Source: Polynucleobacter sp.
GTDB lineage: Bacteria; Pseudomonadota; Gammaproteobacteria; Burkholderiales; Burkholderiaceae_D
Length of the DNA: 64,000 nt
NCBI GenBank assembly: GCA_021737945.1
Contig: JAIPCX010000012.1
Location: 6,665 to 70,664, forward strand
Direction: 5' to 3'
The first letter of the stretch is position 1. Each line of letters starts with the position of its first letter. Of this stretch, positions 48,633-57,490 are shown piece by piece. Under the pieces are notes generated by a model. The model was not told where the DNA came from, made no database searches, and saw only the letters and a list, made by a program, of their open reading frames with translations. Made by a program: the position numbers and the translations under genes.

Positions 48633-49170
48633 GTAAATCTATATCAGAGGAGGAGATATAGAGGAGACGTGATGATTATGCTGCTTCGCAATATATAAGG
48701 CAAATCATTATTTCAAATAGCGACAATAAATTTTTCATATAAGAGATGCAGGCTATATCGTTAAGCTAAAACTGATTCAGTATGGGTTGTATCAAAAAGC
48801 TACTGATTTTTAAATGGTTTACTAAGAAATTCGCCCAGTGAGATATTTAGAGCCGGGTAGCAATCAAATTAGTTGTCTTAATAATAACATAATAATCAGA
48901 TTTGTTGAATTATTTTTAAATTGAAATCTGATTAAGTTGGCAAATATTTAGTACGCTGCTAATATGTTGCCTCTATGCAAGCTTGTAATACTGAAAATTT
49001 GCTAAAAGTATTGCAATTTTTGGCTATATTTGGAATATTTCACCGTATAATTTCTTGTAAGATACAAATTGAAGGAAAAAGCTTGAAATCGAGGCTTAAA
49101 TAATCGTTTCTTCATTATTGATCTTTGCAAGTTTTACGAATTTTTATCACCTGAAATCTGGGAGGCCCTG

Positions 49171-49536
49171 TTGGCAGATTCAAATCAAAGCGGATGTTTG
49201 ACGGTGGGCGAGGGTGTTGTTTTGAATGGCACATTCGTAGTGCCCGATATCGCGTCTGTATCCGGCAGCATTGAAGGTGAAATTACTGCAAGGGAACTTA
49301 TTGTTGCTAGCTCTGGCGTGATTAAGGGTAAAGTGACTGCAGATATTATTGATCTGCGTGGTGAAATTCATGACACGCTGACAGCCAAAAAATCGCTGTT
49401 TATTCGTTCGACTGGCAAGGCACTAGGATCTGTGCAATACGCAGAGATTGAAATCGAGAAGGGCGGCGATCTGCAAGGTTCGCTGCAGAAGATCGACGGA
49501 GATGGTAGCCCTTCCACGTCCTCTGGCTCCAACTGA
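49171..49536 (+). CDS. bactofilin family protein
   Basis: 121 aa with a TTG start and GGGAGG 5 nt upstream. The beta-helical repeat sequence (GVVLNGTFVV..SVSGSIEGEITARELIVASSGVIKGKVTADIIDLRGEI...) is typical of DUF583/bactofilin. Confidence 0.8.
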   Translation: MADSNQSGCLTVGEGVVLNGTFVVPDIASVSGSIEGEITARELIVASSGVIKGKVTADIIDLRGEIHDTLTAKKSLFIRSTGKALGSVQYAEIEIEKGGDLQGSLQKIDGDGSPSTSSGSN

Positions 49537-49552
49537 CTTAGAGGGTTGACAC

Positions 49553-50038
49553 GTGTTCAACAAAAGACGAAACGACGAGAGGGACAAACCAGAAGCCTCT
49601 ATCACTGAGGCGAGTCCCGAACCTAACGAGCCTGTCATTCAGGTGGATCCGGATATGCTTGTTTCCGATCCTGATACAGCCCAGTATGCAAACGGTAACG
49701 GCGGTGTTGCAAAACCTTCCGTGAATAACCTCAAGCCATCGATCATTAGTGAAGGCTTCGAGTTCATTGGTGAAATTCGCTCCAGTGGTTATCTGACCAT
49801 CGACGGCACCGTACGCGGCACCTTGTCTCTGCACTCTATCCAGATCGGTGTATCCGGTGTTTTGGATGGTAATGTGACGTGCGACACGATGAACGTCAAA
49901 GGTAATTTCTCAGGCGCACTGGACTGCCGTGATCTCACGATCGGCAGCCGAGCCGTGGTAGATGGCAAAGTAAGCTTCAAGAGCATTACCATCCAACGAG
50001 GTGGTGTGGTCAAGGGCGAGCTCAAGAAAAAGCCTTAA
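49553..50038 (+). CDS. bactofilin family protein with disordered N-terminal extension
   Basis: 161 aa with a GTG start and GAGGG 7 nt upstream. The bactofilin core is IGEIRSSGYLTIDGTVRGTLSLHSIQIGVSGVLDGNVTCDTMNVKGNFSGAL... Confidence 0.8.
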   Translation: MFNKRRNDERDKPEASITEASPEPNEPVIQVDPDMLVSDPDTAQYANGNGGVAKPSVNNLKPSIISEGFEFIGEIRSSGYLTIDGTVRGTLSLHSIQIGVSGVLDGNVTCDTMNVKGNFSGALDCRDLTIGSRAVVDGKVSFKSITIQRGGVVKGELKKKP

Positions 50039-50059
50039 CCAGACGTCAGATCTAAAATT

Positions 50060-50090
50060 AAAAAGCCGCCTTCAAGGGCGGCTTTTTTTG
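50060..50090. terminator. bidirectional intrinsic terminator between convergent bactofilin genes
   Basis: AAAAAGCCGCC-TTCAAG-GGCGGCTTTTTTT, with an A-run on the left and a T-run on the right. Confidence 0.85.
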
Positions 50091-50115
50091 TCTGAATTTT
50101 TAAGAATTTATTGTC

Positions 50116-50547
50116 TTATTTCTTCTCTTGAGCCAATTTGATGACCGCTTGTGCATCGGTTGCTGTAGTGGCATTGTTTTGAGTCTGAATTACTAAGCCC
50201 AATAGTTTCGCGCCATGTTCTACACCGATGGTGCCGTAGGTAATGTCGCCACGAACTTCAGAGTCTTTATGAAACTCAGCGCGTTCGGTCGCGTAAATAT
50301 TACCTTCGATTTTGCCAGCCACCATTACTCTGTGCGCAGTGACATCTCCCGATACTTCGCCTGAGCGCCCAATCGCTACGGTTACTTTTTTATCTTTGGC
50401 AGTCTCAATGTTACCAACGACTTTACCATCGATTCTGACGCTATCGAGCAGTACCAGTCGACCATAAATCTCCGTGGTCGCACCAATCAGGGTGTCAAAT
50501 TTTTCCTGAGTGGGTAGTAACTTGTTTTGTTTCATCTTGCGGAACAT
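50116..50547 (-). CDS. bactofilin family protein
   Basis: Start ATG 50547 (MFRKMKQNK...) has GGAGAG upstream. The core is GRLVLLDSVRIDGKVVGNIE...GEVSGDVTAHRVMVAGKIEGNIYATERAEFHKDSEVRGDITYGTIGVEHGAKL. Confidence 0.85.
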   Translation of the reverse strand: MFRKMKQNKLLPTQEKFDTLIGATTEIYGRLVLLDSVRIDGKVVGNIETAKDKKVTVAIGRSGEVSGDVTAHRVMVAGKIEGNIYATERAEFHKDSEVRGDITYGTIGVEHGAKLLGLVIQTQNNATTATDAQAVIKLAQEKK

Positions 50548-50667
50548 CGCACTCTCCATTGCACTGGTCGCGCAGCTATTAATACCTGCAATATAACGCG
50601 ATCCTGGCTGGGCCGACTTGGTATTTTTTGAGACCTGATCCGGTGGCTTTGACCAGCTGTAGCCGGA

Positions 50668-51597
50668 TCAACTATTTCCCAACGGTAGAACCTGTATGGG
50701 GTTGAGTACGCGCCCATAGCGGAAAATTTCATAATGCAGATGCGGGCCGGTAGAACGTCCCGTGCTGCCAACAGCAGCGATTTTTTGGCCTCGTTTCACG
50801 GGTTGACCTTCTGTGACGTGGCGCTTACTAATATGTGCATAGCGCGTCATAAAGCCCTCAGCGTGAGTCACCTCGACGATATTGCCATAGGTATCTTCCC
50901 AACCTGAGCGAGTCACTGTGCCATCGGCAGTTGCTAGAATGGGGGTGCCGCTAACAGCAGTAAAGTCTAGTCCTTCATGACGGGCAAGCGTTCCAGTAAA
51001 TGGATCATTGCGCATGCCAAACCCGCTAGTCACCTTGAAGTCGCCAGCGATAGGAACTCCGGTGGGGAGAGTTTGCAGCCAAAGCAGTTGGCGATCCCAA
51101 TCCTTGGGCATTGAATTCACGATATTCTGGAATTGAACAAACTCTTCAGTCGCTTCGTCAAAGGCATGTGACAAGGGTTGGCGAATATTTTGACCCGGAT
51201 GGGATGTGGGAAGCAGTGGTCCACCTTTGCCATCTTCAGTAGTGCTGCGTTTCTCGCGCATCGTGGCAGGTGTTGCTAGTTCCATAAAACGATTTTTTAA
51301 GGCTTGAAGCTGACGAATATCGCGAGCAGTGGAATCCAACATGTCTTGCAGCTTAGCGAGACGCTCACGATAGACAGACTCCATGCGATGCTGTTCAGCT
51401 TGCGTGGTTACACCACCAAGACTGCGAGCCAGCTCCGGCCTGACTTCTATTGCGATTTTGAATCCGACTAGGTAGAGGAGGAAGCCCGTGGCAACCAACG
51501 CGAACGCCATAGCGCAAGTCCCGATCAGCACTTTACGCGCTGTGATCGAAATTGTCCGCACATGGCCGGTTGGACCGGACACCCACATCAACTGCAT
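50668..51597 (-). CDS. membrane-anchored M23-family metallopeptidase
   Basis: 309 aa with an N-terminal TM helix (LIGTCAMAFALVATGFLLYLVGF) and a coiled-coil-like linker. The M23 catalytic motifs HEGLD (HxxxD) and GPHLHYE (HxH) are present. It lies directly upstream of the minus-strand bactofilin gene. Confidence 0.88.
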   Translation of the reverse strand: MQLMWVSGPTGHVRTISITARKVLIGTCAMAFALVATGFLLYLVGFKIAIEVRPELARSLGGVTTQAEQHRMESVYRERLAKLQDMLDSTARDIRQLQALKNRFMELATPATMREKRSTTEDGKGGPLLPTSHPGQNIRQPLSHAFDEATEEFVQFQNIVNSMPKDWDRQLLWLQTLPTGVPIAGDFKVTSGFGMRNDPFTGTLARHEGLDFTAVSGTPILATADGTVTRSGWEDTYGNIVEVTHAEGFMTRYAHISKRHVTEGQPVKRGQKIAAVGSTGRSTGPHLHYEIFRYGRVLNPIQVLPLGNS

Positions 51598-51904
51598 GTT
51601 GTTCCCCCGTATTGTCTCTTTGGTTGCGCACAGGCAACCATTTTTTGGAACTGATAATTATAGGGTCTTTCGGAAAAAATTCACCAGAAACTTGCAGTAA
51701 ATATCACTTCTAGGGGCTGCTTTTTTGTCTATTATTTCCCAAGTGAAAGATATTTTATTATTGCAGCTCTTTATTGTTTTCACATAGATAATTTTTGAGC
51801 TGTTTTTCGACTGGTTGGTTTTTGGCCTAGGTGCTGGGTGTTTGCTGCTGTCTAATGGGAAAATGCAGAGGTATATCCGTCCCGTAAAACTGAGATACGT
51901 TTAG

Positions 51905-52228
51905 ATGAAAACATTATTTCGACTACCTATTGTGATGTCAGTTATTTGGCTAGCACTAGCATTTTTGTCTTTTTTCTTCGTAGATTTTTATAATACAAAG
52001 AAAATAACGAGTTCGTTTTACTCAAAATGCATGGAGCAGCAGGTTGCGTATCCCAACGATAAGATTATTGAGGTGGATTGCAAAAGTGATAGAGACAAAA
52101 TACTCAACGAGTGGGAAGAGACTAAGTTCGTAACCCCATGCTTATTTGCCTTTATATCGCTTGGAATTTTTTGGTTCGTTGGTTTTGTATTCGTGCGAAC
52201 TAGCAAATGGACTCAAAGTGGTGACTAG
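51905..52228 (+). CDS. hypothetical small membrane protein (two TM helices)
   Basis: 107 aa, AT-rich, with hydrophobic N- and C-terminal helices flanking a Cys-containing loop. No motif is recognised and the SD is weak. Confidence 0.45.
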   Translation: MKTLFRLPIVMSVIWLALAFLSFFFVDFYNTKKITSSFYSKCMEQQVAYPNDKIIEVDCKSDRDKILNEWEETKFVTPCLFAFISLGIFWFVGFVFVRTSKWTQSGD

Positions 52229-52413
52229 ACTTAAATGCTAAATTTTTACTCTATTAGGTCTTGTACTAATTTAGTGCGTGGAGATTTACTGCAGACGCCA
52301 TGTTGAATGGTTTACTGAATACGCTAACCGCTGAAAAATCGTCAGGACAATTTCATGAATGCTTCTAACCAAAAACTTCCGATTGGTTTGCTACGGTTAG
52401 TCATTGATTTAAT

Positions 52414-52490
52414 TGGTCGGGGCGGCGGGATTCGAACTCGCGACCCCTTGCACCCCATGCAAGTGCGCTACCAGGCTGCGCCACGCCCCG
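52414..52490 (-). tRNA. tRNA-Pro (anticodon GGG)
   Basis: The reverse complement folds by hand. The acceptor is CGGGGCG/CGCCCCG and the D-arm is GCGC..GCGC. The anticodon stem is CTTGC/GCAAG with loop ATGGGGT. The T-arm is GCGAG-TTCGAAT-CCCGC. The 3' end is ACCA. Confidence 0.93.
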
Positions 52491-52631
52491 ACGAACTTCA
52501 AATTATATCAGAGGCATGACGCTTTGACTGATGCGACTAGTAACCAAGTCATATAAACGATAGATTCGTTTTTAGTAGTTCAGTATTCAATCAACTGCGA
52601 CATAAAATTATCGACAATCGCGTTCTATTTT

Positions 52632-53903
52632 CTAGTGTAGATGCCCGGTGTTTTGTCCTACGTCCTCAGGCATTTCTGCGTGGACCATTTCTTCTGCAGA
52701 ATCACAAAATAAAGGTGCGCCACAATCATCACAAAATTCAGGAGAAAAAACCGTATCTGCATTTTGTATTTTGGTTACGCCGGCTTCACGTAATGAGGCA
52801 ACGATTTGCTGAAGGGGCGACAGAGGAGGAGGTAAGCCGGGCCGACGTGCTACATCGACTGGAGTTTCATCTTCAGCGCTTTCTTCGTCATATAGCGGCC
52901 AGACGACGCCGTAATACACATCTGAGTCGCTACTGAGACTAAAACTAATTCTGTATTCATCCACGCGCATAGCATTAGCTTGATCACCAATCGCTGCAAC
53001 AATAGCTGACAGCTGATTGGCTTCAACCGATAGCGAGTGAGTAAGGTAATGAACAGCGGCTTTGAGTGAAATAGGTCGTACGGCCTTGTCCGCTTCGCGA
53101 CACGCGACGTAATAAGAATCGGGGAGTAGTAAATCAATGCCACAACCAGGCAGTAAAACTTGTACGTTAGGTCCAGCTTGCGTTTGCCATTGCTCAAGCA
53201 CGCTACGGCGACTAAGTTGCGTATTAATGCCAGCTTCCTCTTCTTCCCAACGCAGCAAGGGTTTTTTTATTTCGGCGGCGACGGCGATTAGCAGATAGCG
53301 TGTATCAGCCAAGAATGGTGCTGTTTCGGGTAGTTCGGTAGGTAGTTGTAGAGCTTTGCCATGTAACGCCGCATCGACCATACGCCGTGTGAGTAAAAAC
53401 GTGTCGCAATAACTGCGGGGTAGTTGATCAATAGAGAACAGTGCGGGAGCGAGTGCAGCATGCGTCCCTTGCGCAATGATGTGCCCGTGCAGATGAGCCA
53501 AAACGGTTTGCATCTGCGCAGCAGATATCTGGCCGGAATAAATCGCATAGCGAGTCCAGGCAATGATAGGAACGGCTAGCAGTAATCCTTTGAAGACTTT
53601 GCCATCATGGCTCTGAGTACAGCTGGAGCTACTGGTTTCGACACCATCAAGCAGCACTTCATAAGCTAAAGGATCGGTATGAAACAAATGATCAAGCGCA
53701 CTATCAATGGCCTGTTGTTGGTTGTTACCCAGCAGTTTTTCCAGGTTTTGATCAATAAGATTTTCCCAGTGACGACGTTCCAGTCGACTGCCTGACGTAG
53801 CTAGTGATTGAGCTAAGGTCGCCAGATTTTGGCTATCCGCTGAAAATTTTCTCGTAGGGTTTTTTAGCGAGCGACGCATGGTCATGTTCCGGTTGATGAG
53901 CAA
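52632..53903 (-). CDS. conserved hypothetical protein (possibly DUF2863-like; assignment from memory only)
   Basis: 423-aa ORF with coding-like composition and no catalytic motif recognised. The true start may be one of the downstream Met codons (MTMRRSLK...). Confidence 0.6.
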   Translation of the reverse strand: MLINRNMTMRRSLKNPTRKFSADSQNLATLAQSLATSGSRLERRHWENLIDQNLEKLLGNNQQQAIDSALDHLFHTDPLAYEVLLDGVETSSSSCTQSHDGKVFKGLLLAVPIIAWTRYAIYSGQISAAQMQTVLAHLHGHIIAQGTHAALAPALFSIDQLPRSYCDTFLLTRRMVDAALHGKALQLPTELPETAPFLADTRYLLIAVAAEIKKPLLRWEEEEAGINTQLSRRSVLEQWQTQAGPNVQVLLPGCGIDLLLPDSYYVACREADKAVRPISLKAAVHYLTHSLSVEANQLSAIVAAIGDQANAMRVDEYRISFSLSSDSDVYYGVVWPLYDEESAEDETPVDVARRPGLPPPLSPLQQIVASLREAGVTKIQNADTVFSPEFCDDCGAPLFCDSAEEMVHAEMPEDVGQNTGHLH

Positions 53904-54069
53904 CGTGCAGATGGTCGATTGCGCCGCAAATTAGCTAGGTCACAACTAACCAGCTACAGGTTACGTGTGCGGCGCCTGATCGGAACAGGATTGTAAAGTA
54001 AAGCAGGGCGTTTGAAATTAAAGCCCTGTTAACAATGGCGACGCTAGGGTCGCCATTAATTCATACGCT

Positions 54070-54252
54070 TTATTTTTTCTCTTCTGTTGCTGTTGCAGCT
54101 GGTGCAGTAGCTGCTGCAGGTGCGGTGTCAGGAGTTGCGTGTTCTGCTTGGCCTCCCGCTTCGCCTTGCATATCAACTTTGTCTCCCATTTTGAAGACAA
54201 GCGTCAGAGCGATCGCTGCAAAAATGATAAAAGCAACAAGGATTTTCCACAT
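54070..54252 (-). CDS. small membrane protein with Ala/Thr/Pro-rich acidic tail (tentative)
   Basis: MWKILVAFIIFAAIALTLVFKMGDK... is a clear N-terminal TM helix. Of the three mutually overlapping ORFs here, this is the only protein-like one. Confidence 0.45.
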   Translation of the reverse strand: MWKILVAFIIFAAIALTLVFKMGDKVDMQGEAGGQAEHATPDTAPAAATAPAATATEEKK

Positions 54253-54293
54253 AAAAGTGTCCGTAACTGGTATGAAAATTAGTAATGAAAATT

Positions 54294-54324
54294 TACTCGG
54301 ATAGAGAGTATCCCTATCCGAGTA
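54294..54324 (-). terminator. hairpin terminator after acnA
   Basis: Perfect 11-bp inverted repeat TACTCGGATAG-N9-CTATCCGAGTA, 12 nt beyond the acnA stop. A/T-rich sequence follows on the minus strand. Confidence 0.65.
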
Positions 54325-54335
54325 GCTTTATAGCC

Positions 54336-57047
54336 TTAGGCGGCCAGAAGCTGGCGCAATACGAAAGGCAAAATACCACCGTGACGATAGTAGTCCACCT
54401 CAATCGGTGTATCAATACGCAGTAATACCTTCACTTGTTGGCTCTGGCCGTTAGCGCGCTTAATGACTAAGGTCACTTCCTGTTGCGGCTTGATGTCATG
54501 CTCAAGACCGATCAGATCGAAGCTTTCTTCTCCAGTAATCTTCAGTGTATCCACGCTATCGTTGCCGATAAATTGCAATGGTAGTACACCCATACCAACT
54601 AAGTTAGATCGATGAATTCGCTCGAATGAACGTGCAACGACAGCTTTGACGCCGAGCAGTTGTGTACCCTTAGCGGCCCAGTCACGTGATGAGCCGGTAC
54701 CATATTCTTCGCCAGCGAAAATCATGGTGGGAACATCATCAGCAATGTATTTCATTGCGGCGTCATAAATCGACATTTCCTGACCGCTAGGCTGATGAAG
54801 GGTAATGCCGCCTTCAACGCGTGCGCCATCAGGTTGTGCAGGGATCATCAAATTTTTAATCCGCACGTTTGCGAAGGTGCCGCGCATCATGATTTCGTGA
54901 TTGCCACGACGTGAACCATACGAATTGAAATCAGCTTTCAATACGCCGTTTTCTTGCAGCCATTTTCCGGCTGGGCTCGATTCTTTGATCGAGCCTGCTG
55001 GAGAAATGTGATCGGTAGTGATTGAGTCACCAAATACACCAAGTGCTCTAGCCGATTGAATGCCTGTTGCAGCAGCTTTTGGCTGCATAGTGAAATTTTC
55101 AAAGAAGGGCGGCTCAGCGATATAAGTTGACTTAGGCCAGTTATAGATTTGGCCTTCAGCGACACCCGTGATGTCTTCCCATAACTTACCCGGTGCACCT
55201 TTCACATCCGCGTAATTGGCTTTGAAGGTTTTCGCATTCATAGCGAATTTCATCAGCTTTTGAATTTCTGCGCTGGTAGGCCATACATCACCGATATAAA
55301 CGTCTTGCCCATTTTTACCTTTACCCAGAGGTTGAGTCATCAGGTCAGTAGTTACATTGCCAGCGATCGCATAGGCAACCACGAGCGGCGGCGAAGCTAA
55401 AAAGTTTGCACGAATGTTAGGGTGAATACGTGCTTCGAAGTTACGGTTGCCCGATAACACAGCAGTAGCTACCACATCGTTTTTGACGATGGCTTCATTC
55501 ATCGCTGGTGTGAGATCGCCTGCGTTACCGATACAGGTGGTGCAACCATACGCAGTTACGCCGAATCCCAACTCTTCCAAGTAAGGCATCAGGCCCGCTG
55601 CTTCGAGGTATTTAGTCACTACGCGCGATCCGGGGGCGAGCGATGTTTTGATGTGCGGAGATACTTTTAACCCAAGAGCAACCGCTTTCTTTGCTAACAA
55701 ACCAGCAGCCAGCAGCACGCTGGGATTGGAGGTGTTGGTGCACGAAGTAATCGCAGCAATCAGCACATCACCGTTGTGGAGCTTGACGCCATCGGAATTA
55801 GTGTACTCAGCATCGAGATCATCTGCCTTTTTATTAAAGCCATTGTCAGCGATAGGTTTAGCAAACAGATCTTTAAACGTATCTTTGACATGACCAATTT
55901 CGATGCGATCTTGAGGACGTTTTGGACCCGCTAATGAAGGCGCAACTTTTGTTAGATCAAGCGCGACTGTTTTGCTGTAATCAATCTCGCCTAACTTAGG
56001 AATGCCAAACAGACCTTGTGCTTTGAAGTAGGATTCGAAAGCATCAATTTCAGCCTTAGTGCGGCCAGTACCGTGGAAATAATCAATGGTTGCCTCGTCA
56101 ACTGGGAAGAAGCCCATGGTGGCGCCATATTCTGGTGCCATGTTAGCGATGGTGGCGCGATCGGTGAGTGACAATGACTGAGTACCTTCGCCGAAAAATT
56201 CGACAAACTTACCAACAACTTTTTCTTTACGCAGCATCTCAGTGATAGTCAACACCAGATCGGTCGCTGTCACGCCTTCACGCAATACGCCGGTCAGATT
56301 TACACCCACGACATCAGGAGTCAGGAAATACACGGGTTGACCAAGCATGCCTGCTTCTGCTTCAATACCACCCACACCCCAGCCAACCACACCAATGCCG
56401 TTAATCATAGTGGTGTGCGAGTCAGTACCGACCAACGTATCAGGGTAATAAACACCTTCACGATGGTGTACGCCGCGTGCTAAGTATTCGAGATTGACTT
56501 GGTGAACAATGCCAAAGCCTGGTGGCACAACACCAAAGGTGTCAAACGCTTGCATACCCCATTTCATAAACTGATAGCGCTCGTTATTACGCTTGAATTC
56601 CAGTTTCATGTTGAGATCGAGCGCATTTTTATCGCGGAAGTGATCAATCTGCACCGAGTGATCAACAACCAGATCGACCGGTACCAGTGGCTCAATGTTC
56701 TTAGGATTTTTCCCCATTTTAGAAGCGACGCCACGCATAGCAGCGAGGTCAGCCAACAGAGGCACGCCGGTAAAGTCTTGCAGAACTACACGCGCAACAA
56801 CAAAAGGAATTTCATCGGTTCGTGCCGCATTCGGCTTCCAGCTAGCGAGCTGACGCACATGAGCTTCAGTAACTTTTTTGCCATCGCAGTTACGCAGTAC
56901 CGACTCAAGCACGATGCGGATAGAGATCGGCAGACGATCAATATCGATTCCGGTTGATTTTTTCAGTGCGGGCAATGAGTAAAATTTGCCTTTTTTAGTT
57001 CCGGAAATCTTGAATTCCTTGAGCGTTTTAAGCGTGTTATGCGACAT
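54336..57047 (-). CDS. acnA: aconitate hydratase A
   Basis: About 903 aa. The Fe-S ligand regions are [10 protein letters not shown] and [11 protein letters not shown] placed the start at ATG 57047 because AAGGAG lies 5 nt upstream; the track ORF starts at GTG 57053. Confidence 0.96.
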   Translation of the reverse strand: MSHNTLKTLKEFKISGTKKGKFYSLPALKKSTGIDIDRLPISIRIVLESVLRNCDGKKVTEAHVRQLASWKPNAARTDEIPFVVARVVLQDFTGVPLLADLAAMRGVASKMGKNPKNIEPLVPVDLVVDHSVQIDHFRDKNALDLNMKLEFKRNNERYQFMKWGMQAFDTFGVVPPGFGIVHQVNLEYLARGVHHREGVYYPDTLVGTDSHTTMINGIGVVGWGVGGIEAEAGMLGQPVYFLTPDVVGVNLTGVLREGVTATDLVLTITEMLRKEKVVGKFVEFFGEGTQSLSLTDRATIANMAPEYGATMGFFPVDEATIDYFHGTGRTKAEIDAFESYFKAQGLFGIPKLGEIDYSKTVALDLTKVAPSLAGPKRPQDRIEIGHVKDTFKDLFAKPIADNGFNKKADDLDAEYTNSDGVKLHNGDVLIAAITSCTNTSNPSVLLAAGLLAKKAVALGLKVSPHIKTSLAPGSRVVTKYLEAAGLMPYLEELGFGVTAYGCTTCIGNAGDLTPAMNEAIVKNDVVATAVLSGNRNFEARIHPNIRANFLASPPLVVAYAIAGNVTTDLMTQPLGKGKNGQDVYIGDVWPTSAEIQKLMKFAMNAKTFKANYADVKGAPGKLWEDITGVAEGQIYNWPKSTYIAEPPFFENFTMQPKAAATGIQSARALGVFGDSITTDHISPAGSIKESSPAGKWLQENGVLKADFNSYGSRRGNHEIMMRGTFANVRIKNLMIPAQPDGARVEGGITLHQPSGQEMSIYDAAMKYIADDVPTMIFAGEEYGTGSSRDWAAKGTQLLGVKAVVARSFERIHRSNLVGMGVLPLQFIGNDSVDTLKITGEESFDLIGLEHDIKPQQEVTLVIKRANGQSQQVKVLLRIDTPIEVDYYRHGGILPFVLRQLLAA

Positions 57048-57141
57048 GTGCACTCCTTGTTTTTAATCGTAATCTTGAATTAACGTTGCTTTTTATTTGG
57101 TACTAATCATCGTCTTGTGAGCGCGCTGCTCACGTGAATAA

Positions 57142-57465
57142 TTATTTTGCTCGTGCTACCGTCGTGCATTCACTCACGACGGGCGATCCCTCTTGACCAT
57201 CGAGCAGCATGGCCTTCGAAGGTATGCTGATCCAAATCAGCCCGCTTTGAGGATGCTCGAAGCGATTAACTCCTGTCGACGTTGCTACGCGCTTCATCCG
57301 GTACACATAACCCTGCCAAATCAGTTCAATCACACTGTCTTTGCGGTGATCGCCTGCGATTGACATTCGTAGACCGTACTCGCAAATCAAATCAGTTTGT
57401 GCGGCGCTGGCTGACCCGCTCAGCAATGAGGCAGTGACGACGAAAATTAAAATTAAATATCGCAT
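57142..57465 (-). CDS. small secreted/periplasmic protein of unknown function
   Basis: 107 aa. The signal peptide is MRYLILIFVVTASLLSGSASA/AQ, and there are two Cys residues. Confidence 0.6.
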   Translation of the reverse strand: MRYLILIFVVTASLLSGSASAAQTDLICEYGLRMSIAGDHRKDSVIELIWQGYVYRMKRVATSTGVNRFEHPQSGLIWISIPSKAMLLDGQEGSPVVSECTTVARAK

Positions 57466-57490
57466 ACAGCCTCCCTCGCATTACGTTTAG

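Noticed and set aside
50532-50771. 79-aa ORF bridging the M23 / bactofilin intergenic region on the minus strand
   Set aside because: It is out of frame, overlaps the M23 3' end and the bactofilin start, and has no RBS. The two flanking genes explain the region.
52340-52510. Plus-strand ATG-initiated frame running through the tRNA-Pro gene
   Set aside because: It overlaps a confidently folded tRNA on the opposite strand and is spurious.
54018-54304. Two further ORFs (54018..54200 minus, 54035..54304 plus) overlapping the small TM protein gene
   Set aside because: Only 54070..54252 (-) gives a protein-like product, with a clean TM helix. The others are repetitive Ala/Gln/Leu translations of the same GC-rich low-complexity DNA.
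56499-56957. 152-aa ORF on the plus strand
   Set aside because: It is antisense to acnA and lies inside a highly conserved coding region.
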